The translations under genes were made by a program, and so were the position numbers. 64,000 nucleotides of DNA from a virus (lineage: Duplodnaviria; Caudoviricetes). The stretch lies in the IMG/VR virus record IMGVR_UViG_3300033068_000427, positions 13,690 through 77,689 of that record. One strand, written 5' to 3'. This document shows positions 17,982 to 27,138 of the stretch, piece after piece. The notes under the pieces are model-generated. The model ran no database searches and was not told where the DNA came from. It saw only the letters and a program-made list of their open reading frames with translations. Position 1 is the first letter of the stretch. Every line of letters begins with the position of its first letter.

Positions 17982-18527
17982 TCATTTCAGCAAAGATTGC
18001 TTGCACAGCATAAGCAACTTCTTGCACACCCAATCTGGAGCATTCTCACCATTCCAGTGGACAAAGATTTTACGTTTGTCTGAGCGAGTAGCCCAGTTCT
18101 TCCATTTAGCATTTAGATAGGCTTTGTAGGCATCCTCTACACTACCAAAGACTGCAATCTGCTTAAACTCATCGGGAGCAGCAATGACAAAGCTGGTCAG
18201 ATTTCCATCCTTGATATTCTGAGGGAGATTCATCACTTGTTCAAGATAGGTGATATATCCATGCACCTTTCCAGTGCGTTTCTTCCACTCTTCCATAAGA
18301 GCCACAGCGTGTTCCAGCACCCAAATGTAGTTGGACGATGTTTCTCGGCACCAGACGCTTGACGGATGGTTGATGTGCGAGGGCTTGGTGCCGCGTTGAA
18401 TCCCATCAAGAACAAAGTGAGCAGCAGACAGAAGTTGAATCGCTTCCTGCAACATTTTATTCACGAGGATAGTGGGTAGATTGGCTGCACTCTTAGTGGG
18501 GCACTTGTCGGTGATGAAGATGTTCAC
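17982..18527 (-). CDS. Pyrimidine-dimer DNA glycosylase (DenV-like) family protein; start reassigned to GTG 18527
   Basis: MNIFITD.CP.KSA.....NKMLQEAIQLLS.AH and SHINHPSSVW.RE...NY.W; GAGG RBS. Confidence 0.7.
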   Translation of the reverse strand: MNIFITDKCPTKSAANLPTILVNKMLQEAIQLLSAAHFVLDGIQRGTKPSHINHPSSVWCRETSSNYIWVLEHAVALMEEWKKRTGKVHGYITYLEQVMNLPQNIKDGNLTSFVIAAPDEFKQIAVFGSVEDAYKAYLNAKWKNWATRSDKRKIFVHWNGENAPDWVCKKLLMLCKQSLLK

Positions 18528-18674
18528 AAGAAATTCCTCAGGGTGTTTTGAAGCCGTTTTGTGTTCTTGATGTGAATTTTCAAGGATTTTTCCCAGGTTG
18601 TCTAGCAATTTCTTCAGAATTTTTCTGGAAATTTGCTGGGACTTGTCTAGAATTTTCCAGAATTTCTTGTAGCT

Positions 18675-18703
18675 AGGGTACAAAAATCCCCAGAATCCGT
18701 CAA
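18675..18703 (-). promoter_or_regulatory. sigma70-like promoter
   Basis: TTGACG-17 bp-TACCCT with extended TG. Confidence 0.55.
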
Positions 18704-18739
18704 GCCTCTAGGGAGAGACAGGGTTGTTGATTTTTCTGT

Positions 18740-19282
18740 CTAGTTTTCAATCTTACCCAATATTTTAATCAGCGTACCAACATCTGTCTGATACCCGCAA
18801 GGACTTTCAAACAAATCATTCTTCATCTGATTCACCCAATGGCAGCACACAACAGTATTTTCTTTTGTATACCCTTTCGTATTATCTTTACGATAAAATG
18901 TAGGGCGATTCTTGTGGTTGTTCTCACGAATGAGTTTCTGACCACTGTAATAGCACGTCTTACGATGCACAATACGCTTCATATCACTAAGCGTCAAAGA
19001 AAACTCAATCCCGCGCTCCTTAGCATTGTTTAGTTTGTGCAGATATAGGCTTGCAAGCTGAGCATCATCATTTACAGCTTGAGGGAAGCTACTACTGTCT
19101 TCTGTCGCCAATTTAGGCGCAATCCAACCAAGAGCAATCCCTTCTTCTGTAATGTCTTGGATCAGCTTTTCATCCGGCACCACACCGCGCCACTTATTAC
19201 CTACAAGCATACTGCCTTTCATACTGCCAATGTCAGAGAGGATGTTTTCTTTGGTGATCTTGAATTTACTGAGGAGGTTCAT
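18740..19282 (-). CDS. HNH-like endonuclease, possibly degenerate
   Basis: NAKERGIEF.L...CYYSG...FYRKDNTKGYTKENTVVCC.WVNQMK; the usual D of the LDRxD motif is Y here. Confidence 0.65.
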   Translation of the reverse strand: MNLLSKFKITKENILSDIGSMKGSMLVGNKWRGVVPDEKLIQDITEEGIALGWIAPKLATEDSSSFPQAVNDDAQLASLYLHKLNNAKERGIEFSLTLSDMKRIVHRKTCYYSGQKLIRENNHKNRPTFYRKDNTKGYTKENTVVCCHWVNQMKNDLFESPCGYQTDVGTLIKILGKIEN

Positions 19283-19334
19283 CTTGCAGGTAACCTGTGG
19301 TTAGTTTTGACTCGTTGAGTGTTCTGTGGCTATT

Positions 19335-19643
19335 CTATTGCACACCAACAGGGCTTGTCAACGACTGCATCAAGGCTGAGAAAGACATTTCAGCAGGTTT
19401 GTGTTTCTTTCGTAGCGACGATTCCGCCCACACTGAGTAAATTTTATAACCTTTGGTTATAAATCCTAGATCATAGTGCCAGCAGTCTTTAAATGTCTCG
19501 ACTTCAACTCCTTTATAGATATATCCGCCTTTAGTTATACCCTCAATAACATATTCTCCGTTATACTCACTATGGCGAATACTTTGCAAAATCACTTCCT
19601 CACCAACTTGAAACTTAGGACGATTCATTTCTATCTTCTCCAC
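19335..19643 (-). CDS. Hypothetical protein
   Basis: PKFQVGEEVIL N-terminus (SH3/KOW-like start). Confidence 0.65.
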   Translation of the reverse strand: MEKIEMNRPKFQVGEEVILQSIRHSEYNGEYVIEGITKGGYIYKGVEVETFKDCWHYDLGFITKGYKIYSVWAESSLRKKHKPAEMSFSALMQSLTSPVGVQ

Positions 19644-19746
19644 ACAACTTAAGGATTTATGACACGGCTCTAATTACACTACCGTCGGTAGTTAGTTCCA
19701 CATTGCGTTAATTTTATAACGCAAGTCTTTAGCACATAAACACACC

Positions 19747-19953
19747 TCAGTCTACGTCAGTAACCATAAGGCTGTTATGGTGACTGCCAAGTTGGAAGTA
19801 ACTGACAGCATCGCCATCTGCCACCTTGATTGCATACTCCTCCGTCCAACCTTCAAGGTAGTTCGGCTCAACATCTGGATCAGGTTTCGTGCAGTAGCCA
19901 ATGTAGATGCCTCCGTAGTAAAGCTTAACAACTTCAAACTTAAGATGACTCAT
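19747..19953 (-). CDS. Hypothetical protein
   Basis: GAGGAG RBS, promoter upstream. Confidence 0.65.
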   Translation of the reverse strand: MSHLKFEVVKLYYGGIYIGYCTKPDPDVEPNYLEGWTEEYAIKVADGDAVSYFQLGSHHNSLMVTDVD

Positions 19954-20020
19954 TTATATCTTACTCCTCAGATGGTACATTCACTACATCACCAAGATGT
20001 TTAAGTGAGCAACACCACAT

Positions 20021-20049
20021 AAGATACACAACTGCTGAAAGGATGTAAA
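20021..20049 (-). promoter_or_regulatory. sigma70-like promoter (leftward)
   Basis: TTTACA-17 bp-TATCTT with extended TG. Confidence 0.55.
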
Positions 20050-20089
20050 CAGATATAGATAATATTTCTATCCATCCCAATCAGTTCAG

Positions 20090-20218
20090 GAAAATCTGGA
20101 AAGAGCTACCCTAAGACATCTCATACAGATGAAGGAAGAGGGCTTCTACTGCCCTTACCTTTGCAAACCCTGCGGCCTGCTCTGCTTGGAGATGTCTTAG
20201 GCTCATTTCCGATCTTCC
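20090..20218. other. Multi-stem inverted-repeat element in divergent intergenic region
   Basis: Perfect 13-bp IR CCTAAGACATCTC (20110-20122) / GAGATGTCTTAGG (20189-20201) with inner AAGAGGGC/GCCCTT hairpin and outer GGAAA/TTTCC arms. Confidence 0.55.
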
Positions 20219-20714
20219 TCTCCCGTGGAAGCGTCACAGACGCCATCCCAATTCAGACGAGGTTAGATGACCAAATGTTGTTGGCCCATAGACAACACGG
20301 GAGCATTGTCTATGCTGGGCAGTGGATCAAGTAGGTTTGCCACCACAATCTGTCATTCTCCCACCTACGGGAGCCAGTACACCGATTTCAGATTTCGAGC
20401 TACGGTTGTGTCTAGTACCATTCCTTTTACACACATCAACAGAAGACCAAGCGTTCATAGTTACCGACAAATCTTCTGCCTGAGCTTCTTTCAAAGCTCT
20501 TGGGAGGAAGGGTTAGCTTCTCTCCTTGGGAAGCAATATACACAAGTGTTCTGTCGTTGTCAACAGCTTTCTTTACCCGTAAGAAGATGAGATATTGCTT
20601 GTGTTTTGATGGCGAAACAGCTAAGGTTTGTTTCGCAACACCATCGTACACCTTTGATGAGAAAAGGGTTTTAGGTGGCTAAATTCCCGTAACAAAGGTG
20701 GGTAGAATTTACTA

Positions 20715-20743
20715 TTGACAGTTGCTTACTAAAAAGCTAAGAT
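20715..20743 (+). promoter_or_regulatory. sigma70-like promoter (rightward)
   Basis: TTGACA-17 bp-TAAGAT. Confidence 0.75.
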
Positions 20744-20795
20744 TGCCCTGTAAACAGTAAAACACCACACGCAGCAGGACACTGGGATAAATAAA

Positions 20796-21035
20796 ATGAA
20801 CGAAGTTTATTACCGAATTTACCTTACTCGCGACAACCTATTCACTGTCGTGTGTATGCAGGAATTCGATGAGATCGACTATGAGCAATGTAGGTTTTTG
20901 ACAGGTCCGTGTACGGGGAAGTTAATATTTACAACAGAGGAATCTGCAAAAGTGTACCTAAATGACAATATCAAAGATGACTTCATCTGTGCCGAATTTA
21001 AGCATTTCCCTTCGTTTGTTCTGTTTAGGAAATAG
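20796..21035 (+). CDS. Hypothetical protein
   Basis: First ORF after promoter. Confidence 0.6.
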   Translation: MNEVYYRIYLTRDNLFTVVCMQEFDEIDYEQCRFLTGPCTGKLIFTTEESAKVYLNDNIKDDFICAEFKHFPSFVLFRK

Positions 21036-21067
21036 CTCAAATGGCCACACAAAGAAGAGGAAGCTTT

Positions 21068-21271
21068 ATGAACCAGTTTCAAAAGATCGGATTTTTCACT
21101 CCGTTGAACGAAGAGATTCTTCTGTATTGGGAGAAGACCAAGCACATAGAAGATGGTGTTCTCTTCATCCGCGCAGACGGTGAAATGGGCCACTACTTGT
21201 TTGACGGTGAGAGTCTGAATGACGAGCCTTCTCACTGGATGTACCTGCCCAAAGTTGCAAATGATTCATAG
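21068..21271 (+). CDS. Hypothetical protein, DUF551-like (PSHWMYLP C-terminus)
   Basis: GAGGAAG RBS; C-terminal xHWMxLP motif. Confidence 0.6.
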   Translation: MNQFQKIGFFTPLNEEILLYWEKTKHIEDGVLFIRADGEMGHYLFDGESLNDEPSHWMYLPKVANDS

Positions 21272-21272
21272 T

Positions 21273-21323
21273 CTAGATTGAGTCAATCTAGTTGTTGACA
21301 AGGGTTTCTCTAGCAGGTAAAGT
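21273..21323 (+). promoter_or_regulatory. sigma70-like promoter preceded by a perfect palindrome
   Basis: CTAGATTGA-G-TCAATCTAG (21273-21291) then TTGACA-17 bp-TAAAGT (21295-21323). Confidence 0.7.
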
Positions 21324-21359
21324 ATTTCCACAAACAGCAACACAATTACAGAGGTATTT

Positions 21360-21929
21360 ATGAAAGACGGCACTAAGGTGAAAGTGAAGGCGCGCCAGAC
21401 GGGACATGGTTTCCGCTTGGGGCAAATTGTTGAGCGCAGAGCCTCAGAACACGATGATGCTGCTCATTTCTGTGTCTCCTGCCTGAGAGGAGGGTGAGCA
21501 CCCTCCTTACCCTGAGTGTAGGACGTACTGCCGGATGGTCAAGAAAGAGGGTGAGCCGTTTGTCGTGAAAATAGGTGTTGACAGAAGGGTTGGCGAGCTG
21601 TACATTGGCCCCATAAACAACGCAGACGCTATTGCGTCAAAGGAGAAGAGAATGTTTACTGCAGAAATGGTTCTTGATTTGGTCAAAAGTGCTCGTAAAA
21701 CCTGCAAAGGGCTGGATGAGTGGATTGAACGTGATGTTGTCAGTCACTTTAAAAATACCCTGCGCTTCCGATGCAAGTTGCCCAAGTGGCTTTGCAAGTT
21801 AAAGCGTGGTCAGACCAGAAGTTCGTAGAGGAAATGCAGGACAGGGGTTTTGTAGTGTCTGAGTTAAAATTGCTAGAAGGCTCTGCTCGGCTGGGGGATG
21901 TTTATGTATATGAGATCACTCTTTCTTAA
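21360..21929 (+). pseudogene. Apparently fragmented locus: ORFs 21360..21497, 21535..21828 and 21771..21929
   Basis: Only the first piece has a good RBS; pieces lie in frames 0, +1, 0 and can be joined by two compensating frameshifts. Confidence 0.4.
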
Positions 21930-22012
21930 GTTAATTCAGTCTTTGAATACTGAAAGTCAAAAGGAATGCAAGTGGTTTGGGAAGACATTCTGAAAGAATT
22001 TGGAGAAGAGAA

Positions 22013-22393
22013 ATGAACACTAAGAACATCGTTAAACTTGGCATTGCAGCCATTGTTGCATCTGCCCTGCACACCAATGCTGTGGCAGCAGAGAAGCAAG
22101 GGTACATTCTCACTGAAGCTGATATCCGGCATTGTGGGCTAATTGAAAAATATGCTAAATCCGCCGCAAAAGGCGCTCAGATGGGCGTCCCCTACTCTAA
22201 GGCGCTTGCTGCTCTGCACGATTCAAAGTTTGAACAGGATACCTACTCTGGTTTGAAGGCAGTTCTTGATGGGGCACACAAACAACATAAATACTTCAGC
22301 GAAGAACTGCAAGAGCGTGTAGCTACGGAATATGCGGATAAGTGGTTTAAGGCTTGCACTGATGCCATTATTGAAGATGAAGAGGGTCGGTAG
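22013..22393 (+). CDS. Putative exported protein (signal peptide)
   Basis: MNTKNIVKLGIAAIVASALHTNAVA-A signal-peptide pattern; GGAG RBS. Confidence 0.7.
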   Translation: MNTKNIVKLGIAAIVASALHTNAVAAEKQGYILTEADIRHCGLIEKYAKSAAKGAQMGVPYSKALAALHDSKFEQDTYSGLKAVLDGAHKQHKYFSEELQERVATEYADKWFKACTDAIIEDEEGR

Positions 22394-22398
22394 GCAAA

Positions 22399-22584
22399 AT
22401 GGAAGATTTCGTTAGAAAGGCTATTGAAGAGTACCTGATCGAGTGTTCTGTGAACGTCGATGTATCAGAATATTGGGAAAGCTCGGGTAGGTATTTCAGG
22501 GTTAGTGTTACGATAAACGCGCCAGACGGAAAAGAGCTGGTTCCAAATTGCCAACCTGGGTATATGCTGATACCTTTTGACTAA
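22399..22584 (+). CDS. Hypothetical protein
   Basis: ORF in operon. Confidence 0.6.
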   Translation: MEDFVRKAIEEYLIECSVNVDVSEYWESSGRYFRVSVTINAPDGKELVPNCQPGYMLIPFD

Positions 22585-22886
22585 TGATTGACAATTTTGG
22601 GGTGAGCAAGATGGAAGGTTTTATTATTGCGGCTGTAATTGTGGCTTGGTTTGCTTCAGTGGTCTTCTGCTTCGATAGAGCCATTAGGTCGAGCCACCCG
22701 TACGCATGGATGCTCAGCGGAGTGATGCTGGTAGTTCTTGGGTTTGGTTTTGTGATTCAAGCGAGCATAGATTCTAACAACACCGGCTCGTGCCTTGCAT
22801 ACGAAGAGCGTAGCGTGTACGATCCTGCTTTGAAGATTATGCGTAAAGTGGATGTTTGTGTTGAGCGAGGAGTGTGGAAAGAATGA
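22584..22886 (+). CDS. Hypothetical membrane protein (2 TM)
   Basis: Two hydrophobic stretches. Confidence 0.65.
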   Translation: MIDNFGVSKMEGFIIAAVIVAWFASVVFCFDRAIRSSHPYAWMLSGVMLVVLGFGFVIQASIDSNNTGSCLAYEERSVYDPALKIMRKVDVCVERGVWKE

Positions 22887-22972
22887 TCGCAATTATTGCT
22901 GGGTTTTCTATAACTGTGTTGATTGTGCTACTCGCTATTTTCGACTATTCGAAAGAGGATGAAACGAGGTGA
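22883..22972 (+). CDS. 29-aa single-TM peptide (not in ORF track)
   Basis: MIAIIAGFSITVLIVLLAIFDYSKEDETR; ATGA/GTGA coupled at both ends. Confidence 0.55.
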   Translation: MIAIIAGFSITVLIVLLAIFDYSKEDETR

Positions 22973-23235
22973 TTATTCAAGTACAAGGTCACGCTGTAGA
23001 GCTGGAGAACGTAACCTACACACCAGCAGAAGAAGGGTCTTACAGCTTTAATTCAGATAGCGATTGGGGTTATCTTGGTTATCCTGAGATTCTGGAGTAT
23101 GATGTGATGCGCATTTCAATTGACGGGAAAGAATTGGATACATCTGAGAAGGAGTGTTTCCTTGCTGTGTTTGGTGATGAAGTGTATAGTGAGGCGCTAG
23201 AGCAGATTAAGCAGGAGCAATTCTATGAGCCCTAA
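22969..23235 (+). CDS. Hypothetical acidic protein
   Basis: GAGG RBS, coupled. Confidence 0.65.
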   Translation: MIIQVQGHAVELENVTYTPAEEGSYSFNSDSDWGYLGYPEILEYDVMRISIDGKELDTSEKECFLAVFGDEVYSEALEQIKQEQFYEP

Positions 23236-23434
23236 CACCATCGAAGCTATTGTTGACGTTGTTGTGTACGAACGTGGTTCAAATGTAGAGCACGGCCACA
23301 TACAGATTTCGATTTCATACGGGATCGAGGCAAAGTCGAAGGATATTTTTGATAATGTTATTGAGCATTGTAAACAGGCTCATGGTGATAAGTTTTTCTA
23401 CAGAATCAAAAATATACTCAAGTGGAATATCTGA
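23225..23434 (+). CDS. Hypothetical protein, tandem paralogue A
   Basis: NTIEAIVDVVVYERGSN...GDKFFYRIKNILK shared with next gene. Confidence 0.75.
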   Translation: MSPNTIEAIVDVVVYERGSNVEHGHIQISISYGIEAKSKDIFDNVIEHCKQAHGDKFFYRIKNILKWNI

Positions 23435-23442
23435 GGAAGAAA

Positions 23443-23661
23443 ATGAACACTATTGGTAACAACACTATCGAAGCTATTGTTGACGTTGTTGTGTACGAAC
23501 GTGGCTCAAATGCAGAGTACAACTACATACAGCTTGCAATTTCTTATGGCGTCGGAGCAAGCTCCAGCGATATCTATGACAGTGTTATTGCTCGATGTAA
23601 AGAAAAATACGGCGATAAGTTTTTCTACAGGATCAAAAATATCCTTAAATGTAATATCTGA
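23443..23661 (+). CDS. Hypothetical protein, tandem paralogue B
   Basis: As above; GAGGA RBS; ATG 23443. Confidence 0.75.
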   Translation: MNTIGNNTIEAIVDVVVYERGSNAEYNYIQLAISYGVGASSSDIYDSVIARCKEKYGDKFFYRIKNILKCNI

Positions 23662-23669
23662 GGAAGAAA

Positions 23670-23924
23670 ATGAATAGACTAACAAAAGAACAGCTATCGT
23701 CCACCATCGGTCATTTTTCTTGGGACTTTGGTCAGAATTTCTTTATTGAGACGGAGTTCGGTAATTTCGTTTGGTCTAGTCCTAGCTATTACGGAACGAA
23801 CATCATCCGACGGTTTAATGGATCATTGAAGGATTACATAAAACAGAGTAAAATCCCTTATGTACGAGATAAGGGTAAACACATTGTTTCTAGCTATTGT
23901 GGCGATTCTTGGAGTCTTGAGTGA
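23670..23924 (+). CDS. Hypothetical protein
   Basis: GAGGA RBS. Confidence 0.65.
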   Translation: MNRLTKEQLSSTIGHFSWDFGQNFFIETEFGNFVWSSPSYYGTNIIRRFNGSLKDYIKQSKIPYVRDKGKHIVSSYCGDSWSLE

Positions 23925-24214
23925 TGAATGTTAAGGATATAAAAGACTTTTCTAAACTAATCGGCCTTGATAGCATTACCTTCTCCTGCGGCAGATATAG
24001 ACGGGATGATGTGGCCATAGATATCCTGAATGCCACACTTGAAACAAACTACAAGGTTCTGTTCAGGAAAGAAAGTGCAGGGTTGACCTCGAACTGGAGC
24101 GAGAAAGATATCGACTGGTCTGGAGAAGATTTCTTTGTTTTAACTGAAAAGAATCGACTGCTGTGGTTCACCAACTCGGAGTGGGCATCATTTGGCGAGG
24201 TCATTAATGGGTAA
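23921..24214 (+). CDS. Hypothetical protein
   Basis: Coupled ORF. Confidence 0.65.
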   Translation: MMNVKDIKDFSKLIGLDSITFSCGRYRRDDVAIDILNATLETNYKVLFRKESAGLTSNWSEKDIDWSGEDFFVLTEKNRLLWFTNSEWASFGEVING

Positions 24215-24416
24215 TATCAGTACATACGCCGCTTGGTACAATCGAATTAAAGCACTAGGAGCTGTTCTGCTTATCCTTGTTATGGGGATATTTGTTCCTG
24301 TTACGATTGCTTTGGTTGACGCAGCAGAGACTTTCGTTCTGTCGATGAAGCGGGAATATTCTGGATTTATTGAAGCCCTTAAAGTCGGGTTTGAAATGAT
24401 TAAGGATGGAGAATAG
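24207..24416 (+). CDS. Hypothetical membrane protein
   Basis: One long hydrophobic segment. Confidence 0.6.
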   Translation: MGNISTYAAWYNRIKALGAVLLILVMGIFVPVTIALVDAAETFVLSMKREYSGFIEALKVGFEMIKDGE

Positions 24417-26256
24417 GGTGGCGGCTGATAGTGGTGCGGTAGGCAGTAGTTTTATTGTGAAGCGTTATGGGGCGGAGATTGATCTGTCGGTGGAAGGCAA
24501 AGTGCAGTGTCCTCGCTGCGCGTCTAAAGGTGGCGATGCGTCTAAGAATAACCTGCACCGTTATGGCTTAGATGAGAGCGGAAAGCATCGTGGGGCGAAG
24601 TGCTTTGCCTGTGATATGGTTATCCCAAGCCAGCAATGGCTAGAAGAAAACAGTGAACAACAAATTGAAGAGGAGATTGAGCTAGTGGGCAGTCATTTTG
24701 ATGAAGCAGTGCATGAGAAGCTGAAAGGCATTACTGGCGTTGATCCGAAGGGTTATCGTGGACTGAGTAAGGAAGTTTGTTCTTACTTTGGGGTTCGTCA
24801 CGAGTACAGTGAAGAGGACGGCTCCGTTGTAGCTCAGTATTACCCCGTTACTTCCAGTGGAAGCTTGACAGGCTATAAGAAGCGCATTGCCAATCCGAAA
24901 GGTTTTGCTGCTATTGGGGAGACTGGTAAGGACTGCGACTTGTTCGGTTGGTTCCGGTTCAAGAATTCAAGTGGCAAGTATGTTGTCATTGCAGCCGGAG
25001 AGATCGACATGCTGTCCACTTTCCAAATGCTTAAATCCTACAACGACAGCCGTGGCGGTGAGTATGAACCGATTCCTGTTGTAAGCAGTACTGTTGGTGA
25101 GAGTGGGGTAAAACAATTCCAGTCGCACTATGAGTGGTTCAATCGGTTTGAGCGTATTGTGGTGATCCCAGACCAAGACGCTCCCGGTAAAGCAGCACTT
25201 GATAAGATTGTTAAAGTACTGCCAAAGAACAAAGTATTTGTTATGAGCCTTCCAATGAAGGACAGCAATGAAATGCTGAAGGCTGGTAAGCAAAAGGAGT
25301 TTATCAACGCATTTTTTCGGGCAAGCTCCTACACACCGGATGGCATTGTTGCTAGTGACCAACTACTAGATAAGATTAAGGAGGCAGCGGAAGTACCTAA
25401 AATCCCCCTCCCACCGTTTATGCACAAACTCCAAGGGTTGATGGCAGGGGGAATTCCGCTTGGAGTCACTCTCTGCCTCGGTTCAGCCTCGGGCCAAGGC
25501 AAGAGTACCTATGTAGAAGAACTAACCTACTTCATGATCTTCAACAGCCCACATCGGGTTGGCGTTGTCTCTCTGGAGTCGGACTGTGCTCAGTATGGCA
25601 CTAAGCTTCTTTCTCGACACATTAAGAAGAAGATTGACCTAATTGATGACCCCGACTATAAACGGGATTTCCTAAACTCTGATGAAATTGCAACTAAGGC
25701 TGATGAGCTGTTCAAACACCCTGACGGCAGTCCTCGCTTCCACTTAATTGAGGAACGGAACGGCAGTCTTGAGGGCATGAAGGAGCTTATTATGGAGCTT
25801 GTGATTGCTTGTGATTGCCGAGTAGTTATCCTTGATCCACTACAGGATTTGCTGGATGCACAACCCCTCGATGCACAGTCCGGCTTTATGAGTTGGATCA
25901 AAGGGATGATGAAAAGTCATGGTGTCACCTTTGTACTTGTAAATCACCTCCGTAAAAGTGGCAGCGGGGCAAAAGCCAACTCTGCTGGTGCAGACATTCA
26001 CGAGGAAGACTTCATGGGACATAGTAGTATTTTTAAGAGCAGTGCTTGTAACCTCCTATTCACCCGTAATAAAGAGGCGGAGGATGAGTTTAGCCGCAAC
26101 GTGACTACTATGAAAATGACCAAGTGCCGGTGGACGGGCAGAACTTCTCCGGTTGCTGGTAAGTTCTACTACTGCAACGAAACTCACACACTGCACGATC
26201 TCGATGATTATCTCGCAGAGAATCCGCAAGCGCTACCAGAAGGAGTTGATTTCTAA
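24406..26256 (+). CDS. Bifunctional DNA primase/helicase (T7 gp4-like)
   Basis: Zn finger CPRC...CFAC, TOPRIM (AGEIDML, PDQDAPG), SF4 Walker A ASGQGKS, ILDPL, LVNHLRK. Confidence 0.92.
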   Translation: MENRVAADSGAVGSSFIVKRYGAEIDLSVEGKVQCPRCASKGGDASKNNLHRYGLDESGKHRGAKCFACDMVIPSQQWLEENSEQQIEEEIELVGSHFDEAVHEKLKGITGVDPKGYRGLSKEVCSYFGVRHEYSEEDGSVVAQYYPVTSSGSLTGYKKRIANPKGFAAIGETGKDCDLFGWFRFKNSSGKYVVIAAGEIDMLSTFQMLKSYNDSRGGEYEPIPVVSSTVGESGVKQFQSHYEWFNRFERIVVIPDQDAPGKAALDKIVKVLPKNKVFVMSLPMKDSNEMLKAGKQKEFINAFFRASSYTPDGIVASDQLLDKIKEAAEVPKIPLPPFMHKLQGLMAGGIPLGVTLCLGSASGQGKSTYVEELTYFMIFNSPHRVGVVSLESDCAQYGTKLLSRHIKKKIDLIDDPDYKRDFLNSDEIATKADELFKHPDGSPRFHLIEERNGSLEGMKELIMELVIACDCRVVILDPLQDLLDAQPLDAQSGFMSWIKGMMKSHGVTFVLVNHLRKSGSGAKANSAGADIHEEDFMGHSSIFKSSACNLLFTRNKEAEDEFSRNVTTMKMTKCRWTGRTSPVAGKFYYCNETHTLHDLDDYLAENPQALPEGVDF

Positions 26257-26259
26257 TTT

Positions 26260-27078
26260 ATGGTGTTTAAAATTGGAAGCAAAAGGGCTAAAGTTGGTGA
26301 CGTTATGAAGAATAACGAAGGCTATAGTCTAGAAGTTATTGCCTATGAAAACGCAAACAACGTAACCATTCGTTGGCTTGATTGTGGGACAGAGGAGGTG
26401 ACAGCGGCAGGCAATATTTCACGAGGTATGATTAAGTACCTCAACAAACCAAGTGTGTTTGGAGTAGGTTATTTAGGTTACGGGAGATTTGTACCCGGAG
26501 AGAAGCGTCTAACCGAAGGGCAGATTCGTCTGCCAACCCATTTGCACCGTCACTGGAGGCATGTGCTCGAAAGGGCACTTCCGGGGGTAAGGGACGTTCC
26601 ACGATACGAAGACGCTGAAGTATGTCCAGAGTGGCATAACTTCCAAAACTTTGGTGAGTGGGCGATTCTTCAAAAGAACCACGATGGCGTTGAAAACAAT
26701 GGACGACTTTGGCACCTAGATAAAGATATCCTAGTAAGCGGAAACAAGCTCTATAGTCCAAATACATGTTGCTTTGCTCCTAATGAAGTTAATGTGTTCT
26801 TCACTAAGAAGGATATTGGCAACACTGGCTACTTTGGTGTTAATGAAATTGGAGGCAAACGGGCAACCTATAAGACTGGATATATTGCTCGATGCACTGT
26901 GAATGGCATTCGTGAGTATCTTGGATTTTATGACACACCAGAAGAAGCATTCTTTGTTTACGCAGATGCCAAAGAAAGGGCTGCAAGAGAGCTTGCAAAG
27001 AAATGGGAAGGTATTGTAGATGACCGCATAACCAACCTACTTTACGCATATGAATTTGATAGGACTTGTGTGCAATAG
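26260..27078 (+). CDS. HNH-family homing endonuclease with AP2-like C-terminus
   Basis: EWHNFQNFGEW...LDKDILVSGNKLYSPNTCCFAP; free-standing between primase and polymerase. Confidence 0.82.
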   Translation: MVFKIGSKRAKVGDVMKNNEGYSLEVIAYENANNVTIRWLDCGTEEVTAAGNISRGMIKYLNKPSVFGVGYLGYGRFVPGEKRLTEGQIRLPTHLHRHWRHVLERALPGVRDVPRYEDAEVCPEWHNFQNFGEWAILQKNHDGVENNGRLWHLDKDILVSGNKLYSPNTCCFAPNEVNVFFTKKDIGNTGYFGVNEIGGKRATYKTGYIARCTVNGIREYLGFYDTPEEAFFVYADAKERAARELAKKWEGIVDDRITNLLYAYEFDRTCVQ

Positions 27079-27137
27079 GAGGCTTGACAGCCTCCCCCAT
27101 TTTATGAAAGAATTCAACCACTTAAAACGGAGGCTGT
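27078..27137 (+). promoter_or_regulatory. Polymerase leader: TTGACA inside a hairpin plus an anti-SD/SD pair
   Basis: GGAGGCT-TGAC-AGCCTCC; ACAGCCTCC (27087-27095) is the exact complement of the RBS GGAGGCTGT (27129-27137). Confidence 0.55.
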
Positions 27138-27138
27138 A

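Noticed and set aside
18528-18683. N-terminal extension of the DenV-like ORF in the track
   Set aside because: Runs through promoter and repeat DNA; homology and RBS begin at GTG 18527
19678-19735. Palindromes ACTACCG-T-CGGTAGT and TTGCGTT/AACGCAA as a promoter-operator
   Set aside because: Symmetry is real but no convincing -35/-10 pair could be assigned, so it was not called
20267-20682. ORFs on both strands in the divergent intergenic region
   Set aside because: Mutually overlapping, no RBS, no protein-like features
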